A stretch of DNA of 64,000 nucleotides from Iphione sp. A-MEVVRFRX5. Its lineage: Eukaryota. The position numbers and the translations under genes were made by a program. The stretch's first letter is position 1. Each line of letters begins with the position of its first letter. Below the pieces are notes generated by a model, which was given only the letters and a program-made list of their open reading frames with translations, was not told where the DNA came from and made no database searches. Positions 26,621-39,700 of the stretch are shown piece after piece. The stretch spans positions 34,534,001 through 34,598,000 of the forward strand of contig OZ320314.1 of the NCBI GenBank assembly GCA_976226885.1, read 5' to 3'.

Positions 26621-26912
26621 TATCGATTTTTAATTTGGCAACGTGGTAGGCGGGCCGGAAAATTTCACTCTATTTTTTTCCCCGTCCGTCGGAGGGGTCT
26701 TGTGTGTATAGAACGCCGCCTGGACGACCAAATGTCCGAGTTCCCACGTCACTGTCAGATGCTTTGATACAATATGCCATAGGTCACTGGTCCGGCGTGG
26801 ATATTAAAACAGGCGAACGAATTCAAACCCCTCTTCTCAATACGGTATCGATATTTAATTTGGCGCCTCGACGGGGATGGGCCAAAGGGAATTTTCACTC
26901 ATCTTTTTGTCC
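26621..26912. repeat. Two diverged direct copies of a ~60-bp module (26621-26680 and 26846-26912)
   Basis: TATCGAT(T/A)TTTAATTTGGC ... GGGCC ... TTTCACTC.. TTTT present in both copies in the same order. Confidence 0.7.
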
Positions 26913-29900
26913 TCTTACATCACATTTTCACCAAGAATGGACACTGACATTGCCACGCCACCGTTCATACATCAGCCCACAATGGTCCCCCGCTCCCGCG
27001 CGCTACCATATATTGTCTGCAATGTTCGCACATCCAAACTTTCCGTATCAGCCATTGATTCTCCGATTGGCAAACACCGGCGCCGCTCCATAATTGGCAT
27101 TCACTCGGGTCTCTACTCCAATACTTTTACTTTCGGGAATCCCAAATGGCAGCTAAATATCCTACGTCAGAAGCACGACGTAGCTGGCGGCCGACGATTA
27201 ACAGACACTGATCCGCGGGGTGCAGCGTTCTTTTGTCAAATTGTTTCACCCACCGTTGTAATTTACATCCTCTTGTTGATCGCCGTGGGGGCCTGGTGGA
27301 GTGCGCATGAGCAAGTTTAGCAACGGGCGTGATTCCGCCTGTCATTGGGTGTGCGTAGGGAGAGCGGCGGGATTGGGCAAGGAGCCATGGTGATTGGGTG
27401 GGAATGGAGGTGGAGAGAGGCTGCATGGAGAAAGGAGTGAGTGAGTGGGTGAGTAGTGGTGGTGGTGGTGGTGGGTGGGCTGGCTGCAGTAGAAGTGCGA
27501 GTGGTCATATGGGTGGGCGATGAAGGCCTGCTGAAGACTTCCTCTCATGCCGCCTGTCAGTCGTTCTGCGCCGCCGCCGCCGCCGACGACGACGTCGGCG
27601 TACTCGCTCTGGCCGTCGCGCCCGACACCTACCATCCTCCCATCATCGTTATCTTATAATAACCCTTGCTGGCGAAAAAAAACTCTGCAGTCCTATGAAA
27701 ACGCACGAAAAAAGCGGCGGCATAATACGATGATCTGATGCAGAGATTGTCTGACGAAGTAAGATTCTCCTTCTAGTTAATAGGTGTACATGTATGTGGA
27801 TTCAGTGAAATAATTCCTAAATCAACACATTTGGATTTTACTCTAATATAGTAATGAGAGCGTACAATACACCTCTGATTTAATGTCATATATATGCAAT
27901 ACCTACCCATTTATCACTTTAGAAATACATGTCGTATTGTTCAAAAACACACTCTACTCCTATAGTGTAGATCTACGCCCCAGTTTTGATGCTACAGCGC
28001 ACTGTTTCAAACGATAAAGGATGAAACGAGATAGACGCCAGAATGAGACAAACCCTGTGCAACAGCATGGAGGTTCACATTAAGTCCTCACATATCATGT
28101 CCGAGAAACAGATCAAATGTACACGACCATTTATAATATACAGGAGAAGAAAATACATGTTCATGTTGAAAATTCATTCACTGAAACTTGTTTACTCGCC
28201 TAGTCGTGCCAAACAAGCTTCATTTGCAGTCCGCCGACCTTGTAATTTGTCTGTTTACAAATCCATACGCGAGATAGCGGCAGCGAAGAGGAGAGGGATG
28301 GAAGTGGAACAGAAGAGATGAGAAAGACTGCACACGTACATGTATAGTGGTAGACGTCTGTCAATTTCCCAAACGTAATCCCAGATTGCACATAATTATA
28401 TATGCTGGTGTGAGACAGTTTCTGCTGGTAAGAGCGTGACCCCAATTACATGCTCATCAAGCAGAATTAATTAAAATCATGACGCAATTATAATATATTT
28501 GGTGCTAATATTGCACTTGCCATGATTAAATCCTATAGGTCGCTGGCCTTGGCCGCTGGCCGTCCTATACCAAGTTCCCCTCAGATGGGCTGCCAAATAC
28601 TACTGCTATGTACTTATTTACCGTCATATTTAACGCAAAGCAAATGTGTACTTGTGAACAACAGCTACTCTTGTACATGTGATTGGCGCCTTCCCACACC
28701 CTTCAGCATATTTCTTTAACAGCGTGTAAGCTTACTTCATACATAGAATTTTCATATCGAATTTAACTGTTCTTTATTCACAATGGTCCTATAATGTAGC
28801 CTTCTGAGTAACAGGACCAGCTGTGTAGATATATTTACTAAACTGTACATGTCGTTCTTTTTTTTCTTTCGGAGGAAAATAATTTCATACTTTGAGTAAT
28901 TCCAGCGCTTGAGGCCTTTAACTTCTGGTGCTGGTCTTGTGGGGGCAGCACCGCTCCTATCAGTGGCCACTCTATCGACGTCAGCCGACCATTATATAAA
29001 AAAAACAGTCAATGTTACAATGACCCCAGCTAGTAAGTATTCCCATTAAACGCCACACAAATTTACATCACATTTGGAGCGATTTCCCGACGCACGAAAT
29101 GTATTGCTGTTAATCGAGATCCGATATTGATAGGTTTCCCACGGTCTTTGGTGACATTTTATGGTATACATTTTGTATGCAGACACGAAGCGCCATCATA
29201 TAAAATGTAATCATTTTTTGTCATTTCCTCCTTTGAGTGACACACGGCGGAGGCTTGCCAACTACAACCCATCCACCCCTTTATATCTGTTCTATGCCCA
29301 TGAGCCCCTGCGATGGTTAAGGACAATGTCCACACGGTCGAAGTGAGTTCATTAGCCAACCCCTGACATAATCGCTCTTTTACTAATGTGTGGTATGAGT
29401 GCCTTTGAAGTCGTGGTAGTGTCCATGGCTATTTCCTCCACATCCCCACTGTGGTGTCGAGCCTGTTCAGTGGCAAAGGGTGGCTGGGTGCAGTTCGGGG
29501 CCACCAGCCTTTGGTCGTCGGCCAAACGACCAAGCCGCATGACACATGTCGCCTATTAACATTTTGGGCCAACAAATTTCACAAGTGAACTCTTTGCAGG
29601 AAATTAAAGACTCCATCACGGCGGCCAAATGAAACTCTAATCATACTTAATAGCGTTGGCCGAGGGTTCGACAGCCAATTGTTTCCAAAGAGGCAGGCCA
29701 ATGTTAGGGGCACTAGCCGCCAGTACACTACACGACAATAAAGTACAGACCTATCGAACCAGCTCTTTTGACAAACACCACCCGCTCATCCAATGTCTGT
29801 TAGTTTGCCTCTATAGTCTGCTGAAACTCTGACTCACATGCTCCTCCCAGATGCATGATTTGCTTCCGTCCTTTGATATCTGTTGCAGAATAATGAGTAA

Positions 29901-32900
29901 AGTTGTGGATTCCCTTCAGTTCTCTTAAGACTGATGGATAACAATGTAAGCTGTTCAGGAGCCAGCAGGCGCACATACTAAGTGGCACATATGTATTTGC
30001 TGTTCTACTTGCATGATCTAAGAAGCACTTAGAATAACCTGCCTACGAGAAGCACAAAGCTCTTCAGGCATGCCATAGAGCGGTCTGTACCCGTACATTA
30101 GGAACAGACCGTGCACACACGGCAGGAGACGCACACGTGTAGACAGACGATACCGAGGTGGCCTGTCGGAGCTGCAAAACCCCTGTTGCTGCAGATAGCG
30201 AAAGAGCATCTAGAGCCCCTTCTATTGATCACTACCTACGAACCTCTAGTTATCTCCTGACTCTGTCACCTGTATGTATGTGGCGGTACGGTCAGTTCGG
30301 TCATATAAACTACCTACTGACAACCAGATTGGTGGATATATCATAGAAGGAGGGAAAAGGAGCCGGATTTCACAGAGAGTATGGCAAGGCGGAGTAAAAT
30401 GCATGCCATGAGCGCATGATAAAACAGCTGCTGTACTCAGGTGTGCCCTGAGCGCACAAACCAGCAATGGACAGTGATAACGGGCTATTGATACATGTCT
30501 CTGGTGCACCCTATTGGAAATCCATTGTGTAACCCACCGGACTCGCCAGGCGGCTCTGCGGTTCAACGCTGGCCCCATCGATTGGCGACTTTTTCCGTGT
30601 AGGACCGGCGCCCAGTCCTTGCGTCCACTCACTGGGTCCGAATCCGCATTTTAACGGCCACGTCCGTGCGAGGGGCTCATTACTATTTCACGCGGCAAGT
30701 TCAATGTGTAACTGTCTCAGGAGGAGAGTGGACAGTATTGGGAGGAAGGAAAGGAGGGAAGGGGGGGGGGCGACCGCAGGTTGAGATGGGGGTGGGATGG
30801 GGGTGGAGTCGGAAGGGGTACCCGGGACCTCTGCATTTTTTGTTGTTTGTGTGAGAAGCGCTTGCACTGAGGGAGAGCCCGCCTGTATTGAGGACAGCGT
30901 GTGCGCTGGCCGCGGACCATTTGAAGTGGGACCATGTTACCACGGCCAGAGGGGTACTGGGAGCTCTTGGGGGCGCGGGTGGCAGCGGAGAGGCACAATG
31001 ATCCACGGCATGATAGAAGACCATCATTCGGGGTCCGGCGGCGCACCGACCCTTACCAAATAGCCACTTGGCATGGCATCCTTCAATTCATAAACTTTGA
31101 AAGTATAAGTGATAAACCGGGGCGCCCCCACGACCTTTTTGTCGTCGAATTCATTTGATAATGAGTACTTACTTTAGTAATTGGATCATCCTATTTTTCT
31201 GCCTGGTTTACTTTGTCCTGCACTTTTTTTATTGTACTTTTAAGTGAAGAGGGTGAAGTAACTGGTCTGCGCATGCGGGCAACGATGTTTGTATTTCCTA
31301 GACGAGAGTTTCTATCTTCTCATTTTTCGACAACTAAAATGAAGATAAGCAAATGACGTGATACTTAACGAAACGGCAGACCTAATTCATATGAAAATCT
31401 CTGGAACAGATTGGCCATAAAAGCTTTACTCTACGTCCACTACGCACCCCCTCCCCCCTAACAACCCCGCTCCCCCTAACACATAGGTGAAGGCTGTCTG
31501 TGCCGATAAATAACAAGAGTAAGGTTAGCAAATATTCCATGGCAGATGGATGCATGTCCTCTAGGGGGGAGGGTACAGGTGGGATGAAGGCGGCGCCGAA
31601 CTTGTAAGTTGGCGTAGCTCCACGGGTCACCTAGTCCCTTATACACTCACCACGACAGGGGCTTTGGAAAATCGCCCAAAAACTAATGCTATTAAAATAC
31701 AGGAGTCCATTCACTAAATAAGGCTGACGTCAGGTCCGTCGGTCCCACTTCTGTTCAACAGGCTTTCTGTGTCGACATACCAGTATGTGCCGTGGAAACA
31801 TTTAGCAAAACGCGACTTAGCTCTGTGCGGAAAAGGTTGGTTTGTAAGCTCACTGTTCCTACGATCTCGAAGATGTCATGTTTTCTTACGTCAAAAGTTT
31901 TAAAAGTGATGTCAGATGGACTGTCATAAAAATGTAAGGTGTAATTTGCAAAGCCAAAGCATGCATGTTGGTGTGAAAGTAGCCCTGTCCTTTGACTCTT
32001 GTTACACTTTATGGGTGGCAACTGAGTGTGTTTTAAACTGGCTTGCATTTGCTATGGCGTCCTATGGGGCTGCGGCATTATAATGAGAGGAAGAAGGATG
32101 TTAAAAGTTGGCAGGGCGGGTCAAACCTTGCAGGGATCTTCGGCTTCTCCATGCCAGCAGCCTGCGCCACCAGACCACCTCCGTCACCCAAACGATGGCT
32201 CAACATGCAAACTCGCCATTCCGCTCAACACTTGCCTCGAAAAGAAAACGGCAATTTCAATTTTAATGTGCGTGCTGCACACGGTTTGTGAAAGGCGTGG
32301 TCTGACTGAAGGGTCAGGCTGCCCTGAGGCTTGCTTCACCTATCATTCAGGAGAGGTGCGCTGGGTGGCGCGGCTTGCGATGGGACTGTCGCTTGCTACC
32401 TCTGTTATTGTTGTGGCTTCAGTGTACAGCAGCAGGCCAACCTTAAATATTACCCCACAATCCGCAGGAGCCATCACTACCACTGTGGCTGGTATACCAT
32501 ACGCTGCTGCCACTGCCGACGCCGCGACTTGCAAGACAACAAACACCCTTACGGGTATATATAGGAAGTGTGCATGTTTCCGGTAAGGCAAACATGCGCT
32601 GCCCACCCCCTCCCCCATCCATCCCCCGCCCACTTTATCCACATTGTCATTCCGCCTGGCTGTAACTTTGAGAGGCTGGTCCTATTTGTTCACCTTCCCA
32701 ATATTTCTCATATCGTGGGCCAATCCCCTCCGCACGCTGACACATTTCTGACAGGCACAGACCAGCGCATACACATACTCGTGGACCGTTGTACATGTAA
32801 ACACGGGGCAATATACGTGCTCGTCATTCCACATTTAGGTGGAATATGCGCGCCGTTCAGATGATATTCTACGTATGGATCGATGAACTCTGTCTCTTGC

Positions 32901-35900
32901 CACTGATTGATAATTAGGTCCCGAGGGAAAACTATGTGTGGCTGAACAGTCAGAGACAAAAAAGGTCTGCAGATATCCTTTCCAACAGTAGCCGTAGACA
33001 ATCGGTGTAAATATAGCGCAAGATTTCATCTCCGTGCTTCGGCCAAGTCTCAACTCTGACCTCTTTTCTCTTGCTGTCTCCATTATATCTTCCGCTCGTC
33101 TTCTTCAGCTTTGTATATCTCATAACTGTCTCTCCTGCTGTCTTCAAAAAGCCACAGGAGGATCTAATTGGCTATAGAATTGGTACTAGACTATTTAGAT
33201 ACCTATCTAGATAGGAAGTAATTTACCTAGAAAGGAATGGGACTCGCCGAGAGGAGAGTTAGACGACAAAGGCCACTGTCGCCAGTGCCACATGACCCGC
33301 AATTTCAAAGTGGGCCGCCTGGGCCCTAATTGGCAAATATGGCCAATTCACCCTTCAATTTGCTTTCCATGAATCATAAATGAATTTTTATGCATATTCC
33401 TTTAAAGCAGTCGGTGAAATGTCCCACTTACATGCAGAGGCCGAACGTAAGCAGCGTGGGAATTGGGGCCATTAGAGCGGGGTCAGCAGATACGGCGCCC
33501 ATCCCAGGCCCTTTATTCATGGCCTTTCTCCGAGGCCTGCCATATTCAAAAGGACCCGGGTGCCTGTAATTTGCCCCTATATATCATTACTATCAAATAA
33601 TTTGAGCTGGCTAGTTTGGAGCTTTTGCGGAGGCGACTATAGTCACCCTGGCTAGCCAGTGCTGCTGGGTGGTGGCGTGGTGGGAGGGAGGGAGGAGGAG
33701 TAGGTGGGGGGGGGAGGAAGGAGTGGAGGGAGTGGGCAGCTGCTAGCCACCCTTGCACTAAGCTATAGATTGGTCCGCCTCTATTCTATCTCTGGAGCAG
33801 AAAATGATAAACGAAATGAACCGAGGCCATCGTCAATACGCAGCTGGGCAGTGCAGGCGTCCGCGAGTTAGATCAAAGACCGGGGGCGGCCAGCTCCGGC
33901 CCGGCACTGGCCATGTCGTGGCCGCCAGCCCAAAAATTAAAAACGCGCCAGCTTAATTGAGAACCACTGTAAATTTTTCAAGAACACATGTTCTCTGCGG
34001 CTGCACGCGCGCGTCCGAGGGCGGTGGGAGGTCAGCGGGTAGAAAGCATATCGTTGCATCGCGCCGCCGGCCCTGCACGCTACAAGCCCAAAAAATCGAT
34101 ATGGCACCAGTGCTGGCCAGGGTCAAGCTTTGGGTAGAAGTAAAATCATCAGCGACAAATTTTCATGCTAATAAGTAGCTCAAAGATTGAAGCGAATGGC
34201 GGTGAAACCACGACAAGAGGCAAGGGTGGTAGATAGCTGGACACAGCCCAGGTAGAAAGATGAAAAAAAAACACTCCACGGAGTTGTTTGGACGACAATG
34301 TAATCATCATACGGCCAATTGCATTATTAGTCTAGCATATTAGACTCAAACACTGACACCTATATTTGCTAGTCCGACACGCGGACCATAACGTCTCAAG
34401 AGTGGTCGACACTCAAACAATAACACACCGCTCAACCTTTCCTCAACCCCCCCTCTCCCCCAACTGCGGGCGCACCTTTAAAATCACAACGAACACAATG
34501 AACCATGCACTCAACAACCGGATTAAGAATTCATTGCCATGGTGACTGTGCCTTCCTCTGTTTGCGGCTCGGCTCTGGGTGGGCGGAGCGGGCGCTGAAG
34601 CCAGCATCTTAAACATGTCTACGACACACAGTGGTGACGCGTATCGCTACTATCGCGAAGAACACTTGCTTAAAATATCAACGTCCCCAGTTACTATTTT
34701 CGATCAGTGCCTGACTTCTCGAGAGAGAGGAAAAACACATGGGAGGGGGATAACTTATAGTAGCTGTTTCCATCAGAGGCAAAGAAAGACCACACAGAGT
34801 ACGGGAAGTAGGGGCAAGATAGGCTGCCTGATGAAACACTGTAGATGCATGTTAATACATGTACAGAGAAACAAAATGGATAAAAAAAAACGGATAGATA
34901 AGAAGCAGATATTGATATAGGGATTGAGAGACATACAGACAGATATGTAAAGAGATTCAGAAAGCGAGACAAAGATCCATTTATATGCAGAGATATAGAA
35001 ACAGAAACAATATGCAGAAATATAGTTTGGTAATAAATCAGGAACATACATTACAAAGATATACAATGTACACTGACATAAAGGGACGCAAACATATATG
35101 TATGAATGTTTAGTCATATTCGATCCTCTCTCCGAAAAAAAGGAAACTATCAAGGAAGACGGACATCTTTGTTTTCAACATTTGGCGAACATTTCGCGTG
35201 CAGTTGTACATAAAATGGATCTACAACCATGCTAATAACAACACAATGTAAAAACAGTGCACCCTAGGAGAAGAAAGTAGTAAGCAGACTTTCAACGTAC
35301 AATAAAAAAAAATGACGCCATCAAGGTCATATCTCATTGAGTCAGTTCGTGTGTACATACACGTCAACACTCAAGCATTACGATGTAAATCAAAACACGC
35401 CGACAGATGCATATATACACACATACACACAGGTGCACTCTCCTCCCGCACGATCCGATCAGAAACCCGACTCGCCGGCAGTGATAAATTCCTCACGCAT
35501 GTGCGCTGCATGCCCTCGCAAACAATGGCCGCAGACAAATCTTACTTTATCACATCCAGCAGGCCTCTTACAACTAAACATCTCGGGCGGGTGAAATATT
35601 GATAGCGCATCCTCCTGTCGACGGCCGCGCTAAAACTGATAACAAAAGCAAGGCAGCTCGCGCTCACGTCTCTGACGAGCCACTTTTGTGAGGGACCTCC
35701 CCCCCGAAATGAAAAATAGATTGCCCTTTGAAAATTTCAGCTCATTGTTGCGCAAAGAAAATGAAATATATTACCATGAGGAAATGGGCCGCAGCTGAAA
35801 GTCATCGTTCATTGATGGCCCGAGGAGGCCGAGCAATATGGAACGTGGCTTTTCCGAACAAAAAAAAACTGGGTGATTTATTAAATGACGGCCGTACAAG

Positions 35901-36767
35901 GGTACGGTCGCCAGGACGTGGTACCAGAGCACCAACCCACACCAGACTTTACCCAGGCCCAACAACACACGATGAACTATAATGACAATTAGCTTCAATT
36001 TACTCCCACATGGTTTGGGTTCCTTGTAATGATGCATCTTGAATGAGAAGGAAAAAACTGAATAATAGAACCATCATACAGGTCAAGTTCAATATGATTA
36101 AATTGTAGGCCTGACAGCCTCGGGCACTACTTGTAATGACATGTTCCACATATACATGCAAAAAGCTCTCCGGGATCATCTGTATATGTGAAAAAAAATC
36201 TTACCGACTTTTTTTTATTTTTGTCATTTATGATAATCATTTTGATCGTTGATTGCGACATATCAGCCTTGTCGCAAATTTCTGTTCATTCTATGTCATT
36301 CGGTGTAATTACTGTGTACATGTATACATGCCATAATATACATCAATACTATAGAATTACTACATGTTCAAAAAGAACTACAAGTAATAAAATGTGGACG
36401 TACATATATACTACTAGTAGGCAACATGTTTACTTACATCAGCAAACACAACATACACAAGGGCTCGATTTAGGCAATGAATGCTCAAGGAAGTTTGGGG
36501 AAATCCGTGGATCAAGGCGCCGGAAACCTTACCCAAGAATAATTTTCTTCATCAGAGGGATGCTTTATAGCGCCGAGGTTCATGAACCTCCACGTAATTA
36601 CGGCAAAGTGAGAGACGCATCGCCCTTTTAGTGAGGTTTGCTCACTAACGACTGAAACAAAAGAATGACTGCATGAGATGGGTCACGGTCCTTGATAACG
36701 ACGACACAAGCCATGCGTGACAGGTGAGCTGCCTGCGGGTGAAGATTGAAAGGAAAGAAAAGAACCT

Positions 36768-36793
36768 GGGGGGTGGGGTGGGGGTGGGGCGGG
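36768..36793 (+). other. G-quadruplex-forming tract
   Basis: GGGGGGTGGGGTGGGGGTGGGGCGGG seen directly. Confidence 0.7.
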
Positions 36794-39700
36794 ATGGAGG
36801 GGGTTGAGGCTGCTGGCTCCTCTGACTCTATATCAAACAATGTAGGCTGCTTTTTGCAGAACCCTTAGCTTGACACGTGTTGGTTTTTTTCTTCTCCCTC
36901 AAACGAGAGGCGCCTGGCAGCTCATACCCCCGTCACGCACCGACGACCGCATACCCCCCCCCCTCTCTCGACGTCCTGGGCTCAGATGTTGTCTCTACTT
37001 ATTTACTTATTTGTATTGATTTCCTTAACGAGGATGAGTAAGCAGGCTGCTTTTGTTCCATATGCTTCCATATAAGGTCAGGCATTGCTTCCCACCCACC
37101 CCCCTGACCACAACTTGAGATATACAATACCCTTTTTGTTCAAGGGCTGCCAAACTCAAGGACGGCTAGTTCTGGCATCGAAGTCCTCTTTGTATGACAA
37201 CATAAAAGACAGCCATGTTGAAAATACTGTATCATCTTACACAACCATCCTGGGCTTTAATTCATAATTTATTAGCATATGTATGCAATCTCATGGAGGA
37301 AAGTTTCCTTTGTTCATACTGTGAACGTGCCAAGGCCTCACCTCGCCCGCCTCTACCCGATGTTAGTCTCTGTGAGAGGTACATCTGTTTTTTCTAATGA
37401 AGGACCGTTGCATATCAAAGAAATGGCACGACGAATGTGAAATATTAATCAATTCCGAGTAGTGTAATTAGTACGTGTGTTCATGATGTCGAGCTTGACA
37501 TGTCCTTAATTAACGTCAACTTCGAAAGAAATGCAAAGCACTAGACTTCAGCTTAAAATAAGAAACAACATAATATGATTGTACACAAGGTCACCATAAC
37601 CACAGCCTTTTACGATGAACAATAATTTTACGGGCAAACATTTATTTCTATGCTGGCCGAAGAGTATTTTTGCTACGGACCGGCAAGACTAGTTTTAGGA
37701 GGACGACGATATAACAGCATAGTAAAATGACCATAGTAGAGCCCTGCAAGGGGGAGGTGAGGAGAGGGGGGGGGAGCTGGCAAGTTGCCGATGTTAATTT
37801 ATCTCATACTCGATGGACGCCACCAGTACAAGAACCGGCGAGTTAGCAGGAGGGGCTCGCTTGGAGGGCCCGGTGTCTGTGTATATCGAACGTGTGGTCG
37901 TCACAGAGTCCAGCCCGTCTAACCAGGTAGAGAGACCAGTGTGTCCAGGCACGGCCGGCCCGTCGGTCCCAGTTGTGTTGCTGTATGGGGACACACGCCC
38001 GCGACTGTTTTTGATGAACAGCAAATACATGGCGATACATTCAAATCGGGCGCTCCGCATGCCCAGCCGCCACTTGGCTCGGGGACATATGGCGCGGCCT
38101 TCATAAATGTCACTGCCTTTGAGACGAACGCTGAGCCACTAATGGAGAGTATGATCACGACACAGCTGTCTCGACCAGCGTAAATGGCCATCTCCCCTCC
38201 CCTCACTCTTCCTCCTCGGGGCCAGCAAACGCCACCCCTTCCAACTATCCCGTAACCCACCCATCGGCCCACCCCATTACCCTCCCACCCACCTTGCAAC
38301 ACTCCCACGAACCCCTGCTTCTTCGCATCGCCGTCGTCTCCCAACCCCCCCCCCAACTCCAACCCCTCCCCCTTACGCCTTACCCCCTCTCTCCTGCCCC
38401 ACGTCCGCCCCGCCGCCGCCTTCTCTAGACAGCGGACAAGGTCCTCTTTCACCAACACGAAATATCAATCAATAGTAAAGCATTCTCCCTTGTCTTTCGT
38501 CTCATGTGATGTTAAAATGTCAACGTGACGTCATCGCCAGTGGCCGAGTATATATGTGCAAGGCACTGCTGAGCATGAAATGGAGAACACATAGTCTTTT
38601 TTTAAAGAAATAATCCAATAAGTAGATTTTATGCGATACCCAACGGCAACACGAACAAGGCATCTTGTAAGAAGGCTTTTTCGATCAGTTTTTTTTCGCC
38701 AACAAAACCTTTTACTTAGATACTGCGCCGAAAAATCCGGACCGAAAAAATGTAAAAGGATGCTCCAATTACGCGAGACTCCTCTTAGAAAAGGACTTGA
38801 TTTCAAAAAACAGCATACTTCAAAGCAATATATAAAACCCCCCAACAAAACTACTTCCTTTCCTTAAGTCAAATACAAGAGTCTTCTATACAAACTAAAT
38901 TATCAATATCCAAGCCAAAAAAAAACATGGGAGATGAGTTCAAGCTCCATTGCCTTCTCATATCAAGCTGCGCCGATTTGATTGCACCTGTGCGTGTGTG
39001 TATGTATATATACATGTATATATCCATGTGTGTGTATGTGTGTGTGTGGCCCCTTCATTTCTTTCACCTTTCCAATATAAAAGGCCGGCTCCAACTGGGG
39101 ACTTAGGAGAAACATTAGGGTGAAAGACAGATTTTGTCAGTAAACAGATACCAGGAGCGGAAATGCATGAGCCTCCTCGCTGCTGGCTCCCGGTATACTA
39201 CTCACAGGATCAGCGGGTCGCGGCCCGGCGCCGAAGTCCCGAGGCCTCGCCACTAATTGTGTTCCCCAAAATGAACTAAACACGACGGAATAGTCAATAT
39301 GCCCAAGCAGTTTTCGCTCCGTCCGTAGAGAGAGCGCGAGAAATGGAAAGAAAAAAAAACGTAGTTTGCGCAGGCGAAAGGCCGACCTTTTTGGCTAATG
39401 CTGCTTTTTGGACGTGCTGATGGAGATACATGACTAGGCAACAATCTATGATATAAGCAACTTAATGACCTGATGGCATGACAGGACGCACCCAACGCCC
39501 CGCACTTCTAAAATGATTATTCGCAAATGCACATATCCATTTGTCCTCTCCCAACCTGCGCCGGAGCATGAGGCCTTTACGGCGTGTCTTCACCCAGCAT
39601 TAAGACACTGCCATTATTCACAAATGTAAATAGTGAGCGCTCTATCACCGCGCCCTCCTCCATGGCCCATCTCTCACCTACCATTCACCCGGCATTTTCA

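Noticed and set aside
27342-27635. His/Pro-rich ORF resembling a transcription-factor low-complexity region
   Set aside because: Poly-His and poly-Gly derive from (GGT)n/(CGC)n repeats; no DNA-binding domain or splice support.
37813-38458. Several overlapping 80-179 aa ORFs on both strands
   Set aside because: GC-rich, stop-poor sequence open in many frames, no convincing splice signals or homology.
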